DNA of 63,974 nucleotides, filler included, from Globobulimina sp. (GCA_003354225.1; 53 parts of 53 records of this genome joined end to end with filler, not necessarily neighbours in it), one strand, 5' to 3'. Positions 1 to 12,000 are shown, counted from the first letter of the whole stretch. The notes: generated from the sequence alone by a model not told the origin. Numbers and translations: made by a program.

Positions 1-133
1 ACAACAAAACAAAACAGCACAATTGAATTCAATCAAAAATTAATATCACAACAATAACGATTAAAAAGAAAAGATAATGGAATCATTGTATTATTACAAA
101 ACATCGAAATGTTGTTTAATTATAAAATTATAA

Positions 134-762
134 TTAATATCCATATTTTCTCAAATGCATTTTGGGGAAATGAGTGCCTCCGACATAGCCGCCTTGTAGT
201 GATTTGTTGACATTTTGTTTAAAAACATTGATATTATTTCGAAATACTTCAGCCGCCTCTTGGTTCAATGGATCCGCTGGGTTTGGTTCCTATCATTCAA
301 ATATCCAATATTTCAACATATTTATATGCGAATTTGCGTGTGCATACATACCAAGAATAAGAAAAGTAAACCATGAACAATTTGTTGTACGGTTAAAATT
401 GGTCTCCAGTCTGCTTTTAATAAATTTAAACAAACATTTCCTTGTAAATCAATGTTTGGATGATATATTTTTTCAACACATGTCACTTTTGGTGGTTTAT
501 ATGGATAATTATCAGGTATTACAAAGTTGAATGTATAGGTCGCTCCTCTCCAATAACCACTGTCGGGCGTAACTGCAACTTGAAATTGTTGTAAATTATC
601 TTTGTTTGGTAAATTTAATTTGGCATTGTATGGTAATTCTAATTCATCCAAATCCACCTGAACCCGAATCAAACCCGGCGCCTTCCTCTTGCCTTTCTTC
701 TCCTCCATTTCCTTTTTTTTACCTCTTCGACCTTTACCTACTTTGTATAATGATAACGCCAT
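134..762 (-). CDS. UBC12: NEDD8-conjugating E2 enzyme Ubc12, two exons (762-352, 289-134)
   Basis: [24 protein letters not shown] catalytic motif. Removing the GT-AG intron 351-290 (62 nt) gives [19 protein letters not shown]...[10 protein letters not shown], the typical Ubc12 C-terminus. Confidence 0.93.
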
Positions 763-833
763 TACTTGAGTTTAGGTTTAGTTCAGTTTTCGACTCAAGC
801 AAAATATATTAAATAAGTTAAATATGATACGAC

Positions 834-1110
834 TCAAAAATTAAGCCGCATAATATGTGAAACAGTGTTTGATAAAAGTTGTATAAGAGGTAATATGACA
901 GAAAGGAATGCAGATATAAATGATGCAATCAATATAATAATTAATAATTGATATGGCATAGAAAAGCCAATAGGATAAGATGCATATAATGCAATTTGTG
1001 CAGTCATTGTAAATCCAACTAATGCGCCAATAGTGACACCCATAAAACAAGATGACAGTATCAATATAATTGCTTCATATGCGTACACTTTGTATGTCTG
1101 CCATTTATTT
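834..1110 (-). CDS. FtsX-like ABC permease, C-terminal fragment
   Basis: YAYEAIILILSSCFMGVTIGALVG...PYQLLIIILIAS...LSVILP matches the last transmembrane block of FtsX/MacB-like permeases. 5' truncated by the contig edge. Confidence 0.6.
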
Positions 1111-1210
1111 NNNNNNNNNNNNNNNNNNNNNNNNNNNNNNNNNNNNNNNNNNNNTTAATTAATTAANNNNNNNNNNNNNNNNNNNNNNNNNNNNNNNNNN
1201 NNNNNNNNNN
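1111..1210. other. Artificial contig linker N44-TTAATTAATTAA-N44 (first of ~52, recurring every ~1209 nt)
   Basis: Identical 100-nt spacer with stops in all six frames. Flanking contigs shrink steadily from 1110 to 1108 nt, i.e. length-sorted concatenation. Confidence 0.99.
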
Positions 1211-1635
1211 GACATTTGAAATGTGGTGGAGTTGAACGGAGATTGTGTAATAATTTCAGACAAATTAGAGATAGTATCAAAGATTTGATTGAGGTTTTGG
1301 TCAATTTGGTGGGTTGTAGATTGAGACAATGATGAAAAGAACATATCCCATAAGGGCTTGTCATTAAAACGGATAAAACCTGTTTCAAGCTTAAGTTTAA
1401 TGCTTTCATTTGTCAAAGATTTGATCACTTCAACTGAATTTCGAGGAGATATCGATGGGTTTGATAACATGTTGAAAATTTGTAATACAAATTTATTCTG
1501 AATTGAACGCTGTTCCATTTCATCTGTCTGTCTTGTTTGGAGACCATCCGCTGTAACGACGTTTTGTGTTTGTTGCGTACAGTTTACATGTATCGTTAAT
1601 AAAATGATTGCAATTATAATTGACATGATGTTCAT
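1211..1635 (-). CDS. Hypothetical secreted protein, 3' truncated
   Basis: Open frame with signal-peptide-like start (MSIIIAIILLTIHVNC). Confidence 0.5.
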
Positions 1636-1674
1636 CTTTCGCCTTTATTGCATTTAAAAAAAAACTAGTAGAAA

Positions 1675-2320
1675 ATGTCGCATGCGCAGCAAAATAAATG
1701 GTATTATGAATGTAATAACGGTTCATATCGACCATATGATTGTAATGTTACTCAATGGTTAAACCATGCAAATATTGGCGATTCCACAGTGCTTCAAATA
1801 GGAAACAATAAATATCAAATTGTGAGATTATCCAACAACGATTGCACTCAAACAAATATAAGAAGTCGATATGAAAGAAAAGGAATCAGTCAAAATAAGC
1901 GTGATCAAATATATAACAACCAACAAAATTATAATAATATGAATCAACAGCAAACAACAAATGAAACGAAGACAGTTGATGATGATTATAAAAATGAAGA
2001 ATTGAAAGTGAAATTACATGATATGAAAGGTGATGGAAACGAAAATATAGATTATGAATGGAGTTGGAAATCTGATAAAGGAAACTATATAAAATATAAC
2101 AGTGCGGATTGTACCGAAATAGAAAAGTTAGCAAAAGGTGGATCATATTTTATATTTGCCAATGTGACGCAATATGAAGTTCAAAAGATATCGAAAAATA
2201 AATGCAAACAAATTAATATCCGAAGCAATAAATCGCGAGATGTTATTCGTCAAAGCATCAAACATAACAATATGAGTACGAATAAACACAGTAAACAGTT
2301 AAATAAATCCGTTTTTGTTT
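1675..2320 (+). CDS. Tandem WWE-domain protein, 3' truncated
   Basis: Two repeats of W-x-[YW]...Y.[PK]Y...Y.[IV]...Q.N.RS...R (KWYYECNNGSYRPYD...QTNIRSRYER; EWSWKSDKGNYIKYN...QINIRSNKSRDVIR). Confidence 0.7.
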
Positions 2321-2421
2321 NNNNNNNNNNNNNNNNNNNNNNNNNNNNNNNNNNNNNNNNNNNNTTAATTAATTAANNNNNNNNNNNNNNNNNNNNNNNN
2401 NNNNNNNNNNNNNNNNNNNNG

Positions 2422-2571
2422 ATAAGTCAATTTGTTGATTATATTAAACATACAACATCGTATCAATTAAAATGTGTTACAAATGCAATGAATATCAATG
2501 GCGGAGCTTATTTGTATTTTATTTCGTTTCATTGGAAGAAATTTAAAAACAACAAGTCAAAATTACAATAA
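2422..2571 (+). CDS. C-terminal fragment of a tandem paralogue of 3000..3437
   Basis: Manual translation ISQFVDYIKHTTSYQLKCVTNAMNINGGAYLYFISF aligns with KTQIMDYINDNSSYKLKCVTNSMSPNVCGDIYFISW. Confidence 0.7.
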   Translation: MSQFVDYIKHTTSYQLKCVTNAMNINGGAYLYFISFHWKKFKNNKSKLQ

Positions 2572-2999
2572 ATACATATCAATAAAAATAACAAAAAAAA
2601 ACATTAATATAATAAAAAAATATGAGTATTGACATTTTCTGCCTATATTTATTCCTTCTTCGCTTTCTTTTATGTTCGCATTTCTTTTTTTGTGTTTGTG
2701 TGCAACATTATTAAATATAATTTTATAAATTATTATCCGATATTAAACCGGAATAAATATACGTACGGCACGTTACTTCGTTGCTGGTTTGTGCAGAAAC
2801 AAAGTAGTGCAAATCCATGGATCTGAAATTTTGTGTATACTTCTCATGTAACATTGTTTGAAAATGAATGTGTCAGCTAACATTTAGGTTGTTTACCGTT
2901 ACATTTCAACCTGGAATTTAATGTCAAATACACATCAAAATCTTTCCATTTTTTTTAATAATTAATTTACAATCCTTTCGCGACCAACAAAATACAACA

Positions 3000-3437
3000 A
3001 TGGGAAACATACAACAACAACAACGGACAGACAACAACTCACTCCCTGTACCAATTGATATTACTAATGATTTGGAGGAAATATGTGACGGAATGTTAGC
3101 ACCATCAAAACAACATTGTTTGAGGATATTAGTCGGTCCAACAACCGTTGTAACATCAAAAAATCCACATATTTTGCTAAAAATAGCCCAATGGCACAAA
3201 CAGCAAACTAACTGCATTGGATTTGATTTAAATGTATCAGCATCCAACAACGACCCAAATCAATTCATATTTCGAATGTCTTTGACAAATAACCATATTA
3301 AGAATAATAGTGTCTGGAAAACACAAATTATGGATTATATAAACGATAATAGTTCATATAAATTAAAGTGTGTCACCAATTCGATGAGTCCTAATGTCTG
3401 TGGTGACATATATTTTATTTCATGGTCTTCCAAATGA
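3000..3437 (+). CDS. Hypothetical 145-aa protein, possible N-myristoylation (MGN...)
   Basis: Complete ORF whose coding status is supported by the upstream paralogue. Confidence 0.7.
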   Translation: MGNIQQQQRTDNNSLPVPIDITNDLEEICDGMLAPSKQHCLRILVGPTTVVTSKNPHILLKIAQWHKQQTNCIGFDLNVSASNNDPNQFIFRMSLTNNHIKNNSVWKTQIMDYINDNSSYKLKCVTNSMSPNVCGDIYFISWSSK

Positions 3438-3630
3438 AAACATAACGTAATAACTAATAACATTTAATTTATATTTTTTGTCCTTTTTTCTATCTATTTT
3501 ATTATTCCTTTAATTTTTTACAAAATATATNNNNNNNNNNNNNNNNNNNNNNNNNNNNNNNNNNNNNNNNNNNNTTAATTAATTAANNNNNNNNNNNNNN
3601 NNNNNNNNNNNNNNNNNNNNNNNNNNNNNN

Positions 3631-4740
3631 CCCTTCAGAAGGGGGGTTTGATGGAAGAATTGTTCTGTTATAGGTGGGGGACGCGGTAATTTGGGATTTT
3701 TTTAGTTGGTTTATATTCAATGTAAGTGCTTTAATGGAGTCATTGTTGTGGCAGAAGTTGGCTGCAATTATTAGCGAGTTTCTCTGTAGATTCACGAATT
3801 TATTGTCTTTGTTTGGGGCTGTCGAATTGCTATTTTTCCTGCGCTTCTTTCTATATTTATGGTATTGGATTGTATGGATATACTTTGTTAATGAATGGAA
3901 TGTTTTATGGAGTGGGTGATAATTATCGTTATAATAGACACGGGCCAGTTGCCTTATTGTTAGGTAGTGGGCTCTATCTTTAATTGGCTCTATTTTTAGT
4001 ATAAATTGTAGGATATCCATTGGTGAGTCCAGCCGACATGGAATAGCTAATCGGAGGAATTTATTTTGGAGTGTTTTAAGGACATTATTTGTATCATATT
4101 GATGGTAGTGAGATATCCCATATTCCATTCTCGATCTCGCCAATGATTTATATAACATTGAAATGGATAATGGAGATAGTTTCAATCCGGATTTCATTGT
4201 GAAAAATAAACGCCAATAACTACTAAGCGTTTTTGCCTTAACTTTGGCGATATGCGCCTGGAAATTTAATCGTTCATCAAACCACAAACCTAAATACCGG
4301 ATAACTTTGTCGTATTTTATTGGAATGGAATGGATTGAATACTTACTTATTTGCTCGGACTTATTTGTTATCGGATTTATTACATTTTTATAATTAGGAT
4401 AGTATTTTATAGGATTGCTATGGGAGAAGTTTATGGAGGCACATTTCTGCGGATTTATCATAAGCTGCCATCTATCACACCAATTACTAAAATGATGGAG
4501 CTCTTTTTGAAGGAATTGATATCGGACAGGATCTTTTGAACCAGGGCTGGTCCAAAATGCCGTATCATCAGCAAAACTTGCAAAGTGCACCAGATTCGGA
4601 TATTTTAGTTGGTAATCATTTGTAAATAGTATATAGAGGATTGGGGATAAAGCAGAACCCTGCGGGACTCCAATTGGTTGAGCTACCCAATTTGACTCTG
4701 CTTTTTTGGCTATGACTTTTGTATACCTTGTTTGTATGAA
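3631..4740 (-). mobile_element. Non-LTR retrotransposon ORF2 fragment (reverse transcriptase)
   Basis: GVPQGSALSPILY upstream of FADDTAFW, then INPQKC and IRYLGLWFDERLNF thumb motifs. Confidence 0.92.
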
Positions 4741-5113
4741 NNNNNNNNNNNNNNNNNNNNNNNNNNNNNNNNNNNNNNNNNNNNTTAATTAATTAANNNN
4801 NNNNNNNNNNNNNNNNNNNNNNNNNNNNNNNNNNNNNNNNACTGTTTAAAGTGTCCCTGTCAGTAAGAATAGACCATTTGGGTACCAAAAGCCGGCCCTT
4901 GGCAAAAAAAATGTTCCAATCTTGAAATAGGCCCCGTGAGATTATTTCAGATTCAGAATCTACAGGTTATTCTGATATAGGTATGCTATTTTTTACCCTG
5001 TAATCCCATGGGCCATCGAGCAACGGGTATCCGAACATGGGTACCCCCACCCTAAAATCCCATAATAAAATCCAAAAAATCTCCAGAAAATTTTATATCC
5101 AAATTTCTATCTC

Positions 5114-5600
5114 GGCCATTTTTGACGATAGACCCCTCGATATACCACTCAAAATGAAGCTCTCGAAAAGTTAGGAAGGTTGGAATCGAAAAAATCCGGA
5201 TCCGACCGAAAACCGGCCCGAAAAACGCCGAAAAACGAAAAAAATGGATTTTCTTCAAAACATATCATTCGAACCGCCTTTCACTCCCGAACTCGAAAAT
5301 ACCACTTATTTCACGATCTGAGCTCGGGTTGCCGAAAAACGGCCAAAAAACTGTTTTTGGACGAAATTTCTAACTTGGCCATTTTTCACGCTAGGCCCAT
5401 CGTTCAGCCACTCAAATGAAAGCTCTCGACGAGATAGGAAGGTTGGAAAAGTCGATATCATGATCCGACCTAAAGCCGGCCCGAAAAACACCGAAAACCG
5501 AAAAAATTCATAAAACTTCTAACTCAGCCGTTTTCGTCGATAAACAAGTCGTTCGATATGTCAATCGAATGGTCTCGCCGAGATAGGAACGTTGGAAATG
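5114..5600. repeat. Three degenerate direct repeats with a GCTCTCGACGAGATAGGAAGGTTGGAA-like core; probably transposon-derived non-coding DNA
   Basis: Copies near 5114-5243, 5377-5508 and 5527-5600. Higher GC/CpG than neighbouring contigs and no credible ORF. Confidence 0.6.
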
Positions 5601-6051
5601 GTTAGATTTACGGAAAAACTTATCAACATGCAAAAAATGGTCAAAACCTAAATGGCCCACTAATTTCCAATATGAAATACCTTTCGTACTGTCACATCGT
5701 CAGAACTTTTCGGCCTTGTTTCATCAAAATTGCCAAAACCGTTGAGAGTATTATACCTCATCATCATCAGCCAGTCCTAAACTCGCTGCTATTACCCCTT
5801 CGACAACCTCTGACCTTGAACGCACAGATCTTGTATATAACATTTAAGAACTGTGTTAAGGCTTGTTGCCGCATTTAAGCTTGTCGTGTATATATAATTA
5901 TTGTGTATTAATGTCGTGTGTCCGTCTTGGAGCGTTATGCCTGAGATGAGNNNNNNNNNNNNNNNNNNNNNNNNNNNNNNNNNNNNNNNNNNNNTTAATT
6001 AATTAANNNNNNNNNNNNNNNNNNNNNNNNNNNNNNNNNNNNNNNNNNNNA

Positions 6052-6893
6052 CAAATCGAACCAAAACCACCGGCCGTACTATACTTGGACAAAGGTACTG
6101 TATTATTATTATGACGCAATTTTATAATACATGGTTTTAAAATTCTCTCTCACTTCCAGGTACCGAGTGGAACAAAGTTAAGGAATTTGTACCAGAATCC
6201 AAAATAGTAAGGTCGAATCCAGAAATATTTGGGAAAGCATACGGCGCCGAAAGGGCTATATTTACTCTACGTAACGCGATCAATAAAAAACAAAGTTATT
6301 TGGATAGAAAATTGAAATTTCCCACCGAATTTAATCAATTGGTCGACGCTTTAAATAATACACCGAGCGCGGTAACTCATTTATCGCCCATAGAAGCCGA
6401 ACAAGTTTCAAATATTGGCACTCAATTCCAGCGAAAATTCTATAAACGTGTAAGACAAGTGCAAAAAGCTGCCGATTACAAACTTAGATTCGGCAAAGGG
6501 CCGGATCAGCGATTCCAATTAGGAGATTTCGTAAGAGTTTCCTTTCCCGCCAAAAGCAGATACAAACCCTTTGGCAAAGTAGAGGCTACTTGGAGCAGTG
6601 AAATTTTTACTGTCGCAAAAGTAAACAACGACTACTGGCCCACCACATACACTTTAAAGGACTTGTCAGATAGAGAACTGAAAGGCAACGTGTACAACTA
6701 CAACTTAAAATTGGCGGAAAATAGTTGGAAAGAAAACAGACGAGTAGCCAAAGTGATCAGAGTAAAGGACGTAAAAGACGACCAAAAATCGCCCTATTAT
6801 TTGGTCACATTTACAGGCTATCCCGACACTTATCAACATTGGCTTGACAAAAACACTTACAATACCCTAAAAGTACCCTTATCAAACCGTTGA
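6052..6893 (+). mobile_element. Polinton/Maverick-type DDE integrase with C-terminal chromodomain; intron 6095-6159; 5' truncated
   Basis: Spliced product reads PAVLYLDKG|TEW...KAYGAERAIFTLR...NNTP...FQLGDFVRVS...WSSEIFTV...YTLKDL...YLVTFTGYPDTYQHWL, the Polinton integrase layout. Confidence 0.85.
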
Positions 6894-6927
6894 TTGATTA
6901 GAATTTATTTTTGTATACAATATAATC

Positions 6928-7160
6928 ATGCCTTTTTCCGCACATCCAGAAAAATTTATAGTAGTAGCTAGTTCGGCCTATAACAGACCCAAAGTTCACA
7001 ACGACGATGACGACAATTTCTCTTGGGGCAAAATTCGTGTCTACTTGAAAGAACCTATAACCTTCGATCCCGACTCTGAGCGTTTCACAGGTTCACAAGC
7101 AGACAAGGCCAATCGCCTTCTCCGTCGCTTCGATGGTGTCATCAAGTGTTGTCATCTGTT
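6928..7160 (+). CDS. Probable Polinton minor capsid (penton/PX-like) protein N-terminus
   Basis: Starts 34 nt after the integrase. FIVVASS...NFS..IRVYLKEPITF resembles the F.VTL.S...N....F...L..PI.L start of the ORF that follows the integrase in many Polintons. Confidence 0.5.
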
Positions 7161-7446
7161 NNNNNNNNNNNNNNNNNNNNNNNNNNNNNNNNNNNNNNNN
7201 NNNNTTAATTAATTAANNNNNNNNNNNNNNNNNNNNNNNNNNNNNNNNNNNNNNNNNNNNTGAAGTCCGGTGAATGGAAATTAGTTCAATAGTTGTGACT
7301 GCAGTGATGTGATCGTGCATTTATTCATTTGTTTAATTGATGGTGCTTATGGAAATATAATAATGGACACATTTGGGAATTAATTGACAACCAATATGTG
7401 ATGAAGCTCACTCAGATTTCGAATATTAAATAAACATGTTACAATG

Positions 7447-8370
7447 TTATATTTTATGGGAGAGAATGTCGGATTTATCCAATTGTGATTGCAATTTAAT
7501 AAATGAATTTTGCAATAATTGGTATTTTGCAGATGTTTTATTCCCTTTGATTTTAAGTTTAATCATTTCATCGCATTTAATATTTAATTGTTTCTCAATT
7601 AATTCTAATTCTCTTTTAATTAAATTATATCTTTTTTTTGTTTGAATTTCTTCATTTCGCAAATAATCAATAATCAATTGATTCGAGTTCATTATTGATT
7701 CAATTTCAACCTTTTCTTTTTTTACTGTTTTTAATTCTGACAACAAAATATTTTTCCGAAAATGTAATATTTCTTCATTTCTATCTAATAATTGTTGATT
7801 ACAAATATCATTTTTGATTTTTTCGGATTCTTTGTTTTTTAATGACAACATTTTATCGATTAATTGTCGCAACTGAATATTTGAAACAAATGATTTGATT
7901 CTTTCTCTACAAAATGGACATTTTTTATGACCGTTTATTTGATTTTGATTAGTAACTCCTCTCTCTTTTGGTGCTTGCTTATTATTATAAATAATCCGAA
8001 ATATACATTGCTTACAAAACGAATGTGAACATGGAATGAGTAATAATGGTTCTTTTATGGGAGATATCATCAGTTCGAAACAAATGGAACAATTAAAATT
8101 CAATTCATTTTCAATTAGATTACTTAGTATGCCATGCTCACCATATTCAGTATATTCATGCATATGTTTCATTGTCACACCAGTATTAATTTTATAGTTT
8201 GATGACAATATCTTTTTTTGTAACTTGATGGCTATTTTATGTGTTACTTCATTCAGAATAGCGGAGTTATCCGTAGTTGTACAATTTAATTTTGCTTCAT
8301 GATCATCTTTATTATTTTCTAAAATCATTTCATTCAAATTACGTTGAATCATCCATTTTTGTCTTTCCTT
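7447..8370 (-). CDS. RING-finger (C3HC4) coiled-coil protein
   Basis: CSICFELM...PCSHSFCKQCI...CPFCR followed by a coiled coil. Confidence 0.85.
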   Translation of the reverse strand, partial: KERQKWMIQRNLNEMILENNKDDHEAKLNCTTTDNSAILNEVTHKIAIKLQKKILSSNYKINTGVTMKHMHEYTEYGEHGILSNLIENELNFNCSICFELMISPIKEPLLLIPCSHSFCKQCIFRIIYNNKQAPKERGVTNQNQINGHKKCPFCRERIKSFVSNIQLRQLIDKMLSLKNKESEKIKNDICNQQLLDRNEEILHFRKNILLSELKTVKKEKVEIESIMNSNQLIIDYLRNEEIQTKKRYNLIKRELELIEKQLNIKCDEMIKLKIKGNKTSAKYQLLQNSFIKLQSQLDKSDILSHKI

Positions 8371-8640
8371 NNNNNNNNNNNNNNNNNNNNNNNNNNNNNN
8401 NNNNNNNNNNNNNNTTAATTAATTAANNNNNNNNNNNNNNNNNNNNNNNNNNNNNNNNNNNNNNNNNNNNAATGAATAGACCATCTCACAAATTCTAACC
8501 AACGCGCAATGGATATGAATGCCATTCATTATCATTCATTAGAAGTCATTCCCAATCAGATCCATGAATTCCTATTCAAATCCATTCAATATATAATTGT
8601 AAAAGAAATGAAATGAATGCCAGTCTTATTTGGATTGGGT

Positions 8641-9280
8641 CTAAACTTTTAATAAAATATCCATAATTTTGGAGGTATCCGGCTTGCCGGCGGTCAATAA
8701 TATATTTGCTTTGCGATATAAGGCACATTGTTGCCGATAATTTTCATATTCTTTTTCTGTTAAATTAGGCTTATTCTCCTCCAACCAAAATGGATACTTT
8801 TTCATATTAATTAAAATTAGTAAACCTTTGTGGTGCGAATGTGCGATATTATTATAATTATCATACCTTATCACAAATGATTGAGACTGGCTCTTTTAAT
8901 TGGTTCGAATCAAAAAACTGTGTCATGACTTTTTTAAGTGCTTTATCTAAAGATTCGTCATCGGCGTCATCATCCAAATTGGAAAATGATTTAAAAATTT
9001 CATTGAAAAAATCCTTCATTTCATCATCATTCATCATATCACTGTTTGATTGAGCATCATTCGCATTATTTATGCTCTGTTGCACTGCATTTAAGGCTTC
9101 TTGCATAATGACATCGTCTGCGGCAGTCTCATTGCCGTCTGTCTCTTTTGTTTCATATACATTGTCATTTGCAGCTATATTTATCACTGTATTATTATTA
9201 GTGTTCAGATCATTTTCTTCCATTTGCGCTAATGATTGCTCCAATGCTCCATCTAAATCAAAATCATCATCATCTGCCAT
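8641..9280 (-). CDS. PEX19: Peroxin Pex19; intron 8866-8797; C-terminus unresolved
   Basis: Acidic N-terminus (DDFDLDGAL). The spliced junction gives QLKEPVSIICDK|YPFWLEENKPNLTEKEYENYRQQ, matching Pex19 LY.P.KE...KYP.WL. Confidence 0.85.
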
Positions 9281-9681
9281 TGTTTATTCACGATTGTCGC
9301 TTCTCTTGGAAGGATGGTTTACAGTCAGTACTAGTACAGATATTTTGATTATCATCAACAAAAAACTTCTTTTATCTTCACAAGTTCAGCATCCTTTTTC
9401 TTATACAAATGTAACATATCAATCATTAATCGTCATCGTACTCCATTTTGTACACACAAAAAAAACGTGTGTTGAAATCGCATATTCCACACGAAATCGC
9501 ACGTATCACATTACAAAAAAATGTGGTTTAAAAGAAAATCGATTATTGTCGGTAATTGTCCTATTACTCCTATACCAACANNNNNNNNNNNNNNNNNNNN
9601 NNNNNNNNNNNNNNNNNNNNNNNNTTAATTAATTAANNNNNNNNNNNNNNNNNNNNNNNNNNNNNNNNNNNNNNNNNNNNT

Positions 9682-9809
9682 TAGGCATCAGCACACTAAC
9701 TCTGTCGTCATTTTGCTTGCTTTGTGCGTTTGATATTGTGTGTATTGTATCAATCAGACAGGTTCTAAAAGGAAAGACTTCAATTCCTCGATTTGACAAA
9801 GTTAGCGAT
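9682..9809 (+). repeat. ~130-nt dispersed repeat, second copy at 26307-26436
   Basis: TAGGCATCAGCACACTAACTCT...TTCTAAAAGGAAAGACTTCAATTC...CAAAGTTAG is shared by two contigs, with substitutions. Confidence 0.85.
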
Positions 9810-9839
9810 GACATAATTTCTCTTTTTTAAAAGTTTAAA

Positions 9840-10790
9840 TTTGAGTTTGTTATTTGAATACAATTTAAATATTCAGGCATCATATGGAATATAGAAAGCT
9901 ATGGAACCAATTCCAATCACTTTTATTTCAACGATATTATGAAGTCATTGCTGGCATGGTTTACGTATACAATCATATACATCAATTATCAATTATTGTT
10001 ATCGATTATAATGGTGATATTTAATTATAATAACATATTTGTAATGATACATGAATCAATTCATTCATTTAATTCATTCATATGTGATATGTATCAATTG
10101 GAAATGAATGTGTTATTTTTTTTCCGTATTGTAAGTTTTGGGATGATATCTATAGTCTATACCACAAACAAGCAGGTTATAAGGATGTGTGTTTGGCAGG
10201 AAACTCAATGTTATCATCATATACTGAAGCACAATAATGTTGTTATATTATTATTATAATTACTTTTTTTCAAAACTATGCCATTTTTTTCATTCCTTGT
10301 AAGCAATATTCTGGCTTATATTCATCATATGTTATTACATGCAAAATAACGAAAACAAAACATATAAACATTTGGAACGCACATAATAATAATATGTTTA
10401 AAAATATTTGTAACAACTCCCATACAGCATTGTAAAACAAAATTACATGTCTTATATTGTTTCGTTAGCTGCAGCTGTTGTCAGCATGCGCATAATGTTA
10501 AGTATCTGTAGTTTTATTTTTATTGTTAGCTATTTCCAATTGATACATATGAATGAATTAAATGAATTGATTCATGTATCATTACAAATATGTTATTATA
10601 ATTAAATATCACCATTATAATCGATAACAATAATTGATAATTGATAATTGATGTATATGATTGTATACGTAAACCATGCCAGCAATGACTTCATAATATC
10701 GTTGAAATAAAAGTGATTGGAATTGGTTCCATAGCTTTCTATATTCCATATGCCTGAATATTTAAATTGTATTCAAATAACAAACTCAAA
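9840..10790. repeat. Long inverted repeat, arms ~9840-10105 and ~10532-10790
   Basis: The arms are reverse complements differing only by a few 3-7-nt indels. Confidence 0.9.
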
Positions 10791-10960
10791 NNNNNNNNNN
10801 NNNNNNNNNNNNNNNNNNNNNNNNNNNNNNNNNNTTAATTAATTAANNNNNNNNNNNNNNNNNNNNNNNNNNNNNNNNNNNNNNNNNNNNTTTTCTTTGC
10901 ATTTTGTTTGCATTATCTGCAAAAGGTTGCAATTTTAAGAAAATATAAATCCGATATCGA

Positions 10961-12000
10961 TCACCATGTGGGATGCAGTGATTTATCGCATGTTTTACCA
11001 CTCAGTAACAGTTCATCAGAATGATTGAATTCACACTTCAAACCGCCATAACTCAGATGAATATTTTCATTTCTTTTAATGACTGATAATGACTGATAAT
11101 ATTCCATCAAACTCTCCTTATTTCTGCAGTCAACACATAACTTCCAATTCAATTTCTTCTTTCTCAATGAATAAATAACGGATAATAGGCAATCAAACAG
11201 ATTACAATCAAAATGAGCTCCAGTTTTTATTCCAATCATCAAAAATCTCAATTTATATACTTCTAATTTGCATATATTGGCTGATAAAATTTGCAATGTC
11301 TCAATATTTCCCACACACAATTCCAAAACCTGCAATTTATTGAATAATTGATTCAAATGACATATTCCTACATTAACGTTATAATTCAAACGAATATCAT
11401 ATTTTGCAAGAATTATCTTTAAACTCTTTAATCTTTCAATATGTGAACATTTTAAAAATGTCAGCAAAGAAATGACATCGTTATCAAACCGGCAGCATTT
11501 AATTGATAATTGTTTTAATTTTGTAAATTGTGTAAATGAATAAAATGATTGATTCTGCAGATTGGTGATATACTCATTCATTTCGACTCTTTCGTAAAAC
11601 GGAATTCGTATATTTAAAATTGATACATTATTTATCATCATTTCCAAGACAGTCTTCCATCGAACAGCCACATCCCATCGGGTTCCATCCCAATCAAAAT
11701 ATGCCAACTGATGCCTTGCAAAATGGCTGAAAACTGTCATATTCAATGTATCAGAGCTACCATTCTCGAAATGCACCATTTCCAGAGACAAATGAGTCAA
11801 TTTCTTTAGATTGGTTGCTATTGTATTGAATATTTGAAATGAAACATCACAGTCTTTTAACATGAGATGAATAATATTTGTATTAAATTTATCCAATATG
11901 GCATTAATATTTTTTGATTGGTTTTGATACCATGCTTCCAAGCATTGACTGTATGGAATTGTTGCCGACTTAATGCAAATATTTGTGAGTGTATTTGGGA
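10961..12000 (-). CDS. Hypothetical protein with degenerate LRR-like repeats, 5' truncated
   Basis: Long ORF with LKKLTHLSL, TKLKQLSI, RLKSLKI and KLQVLEL units. Confidence 0.55.

Noticed and set aside
204..812. Short antisense ORFs here and opposite other recognised genes; ORF tails ending in X...LIN
   Set aside because: They are shadows of real genes on the other strand, or read-through into the N linker.
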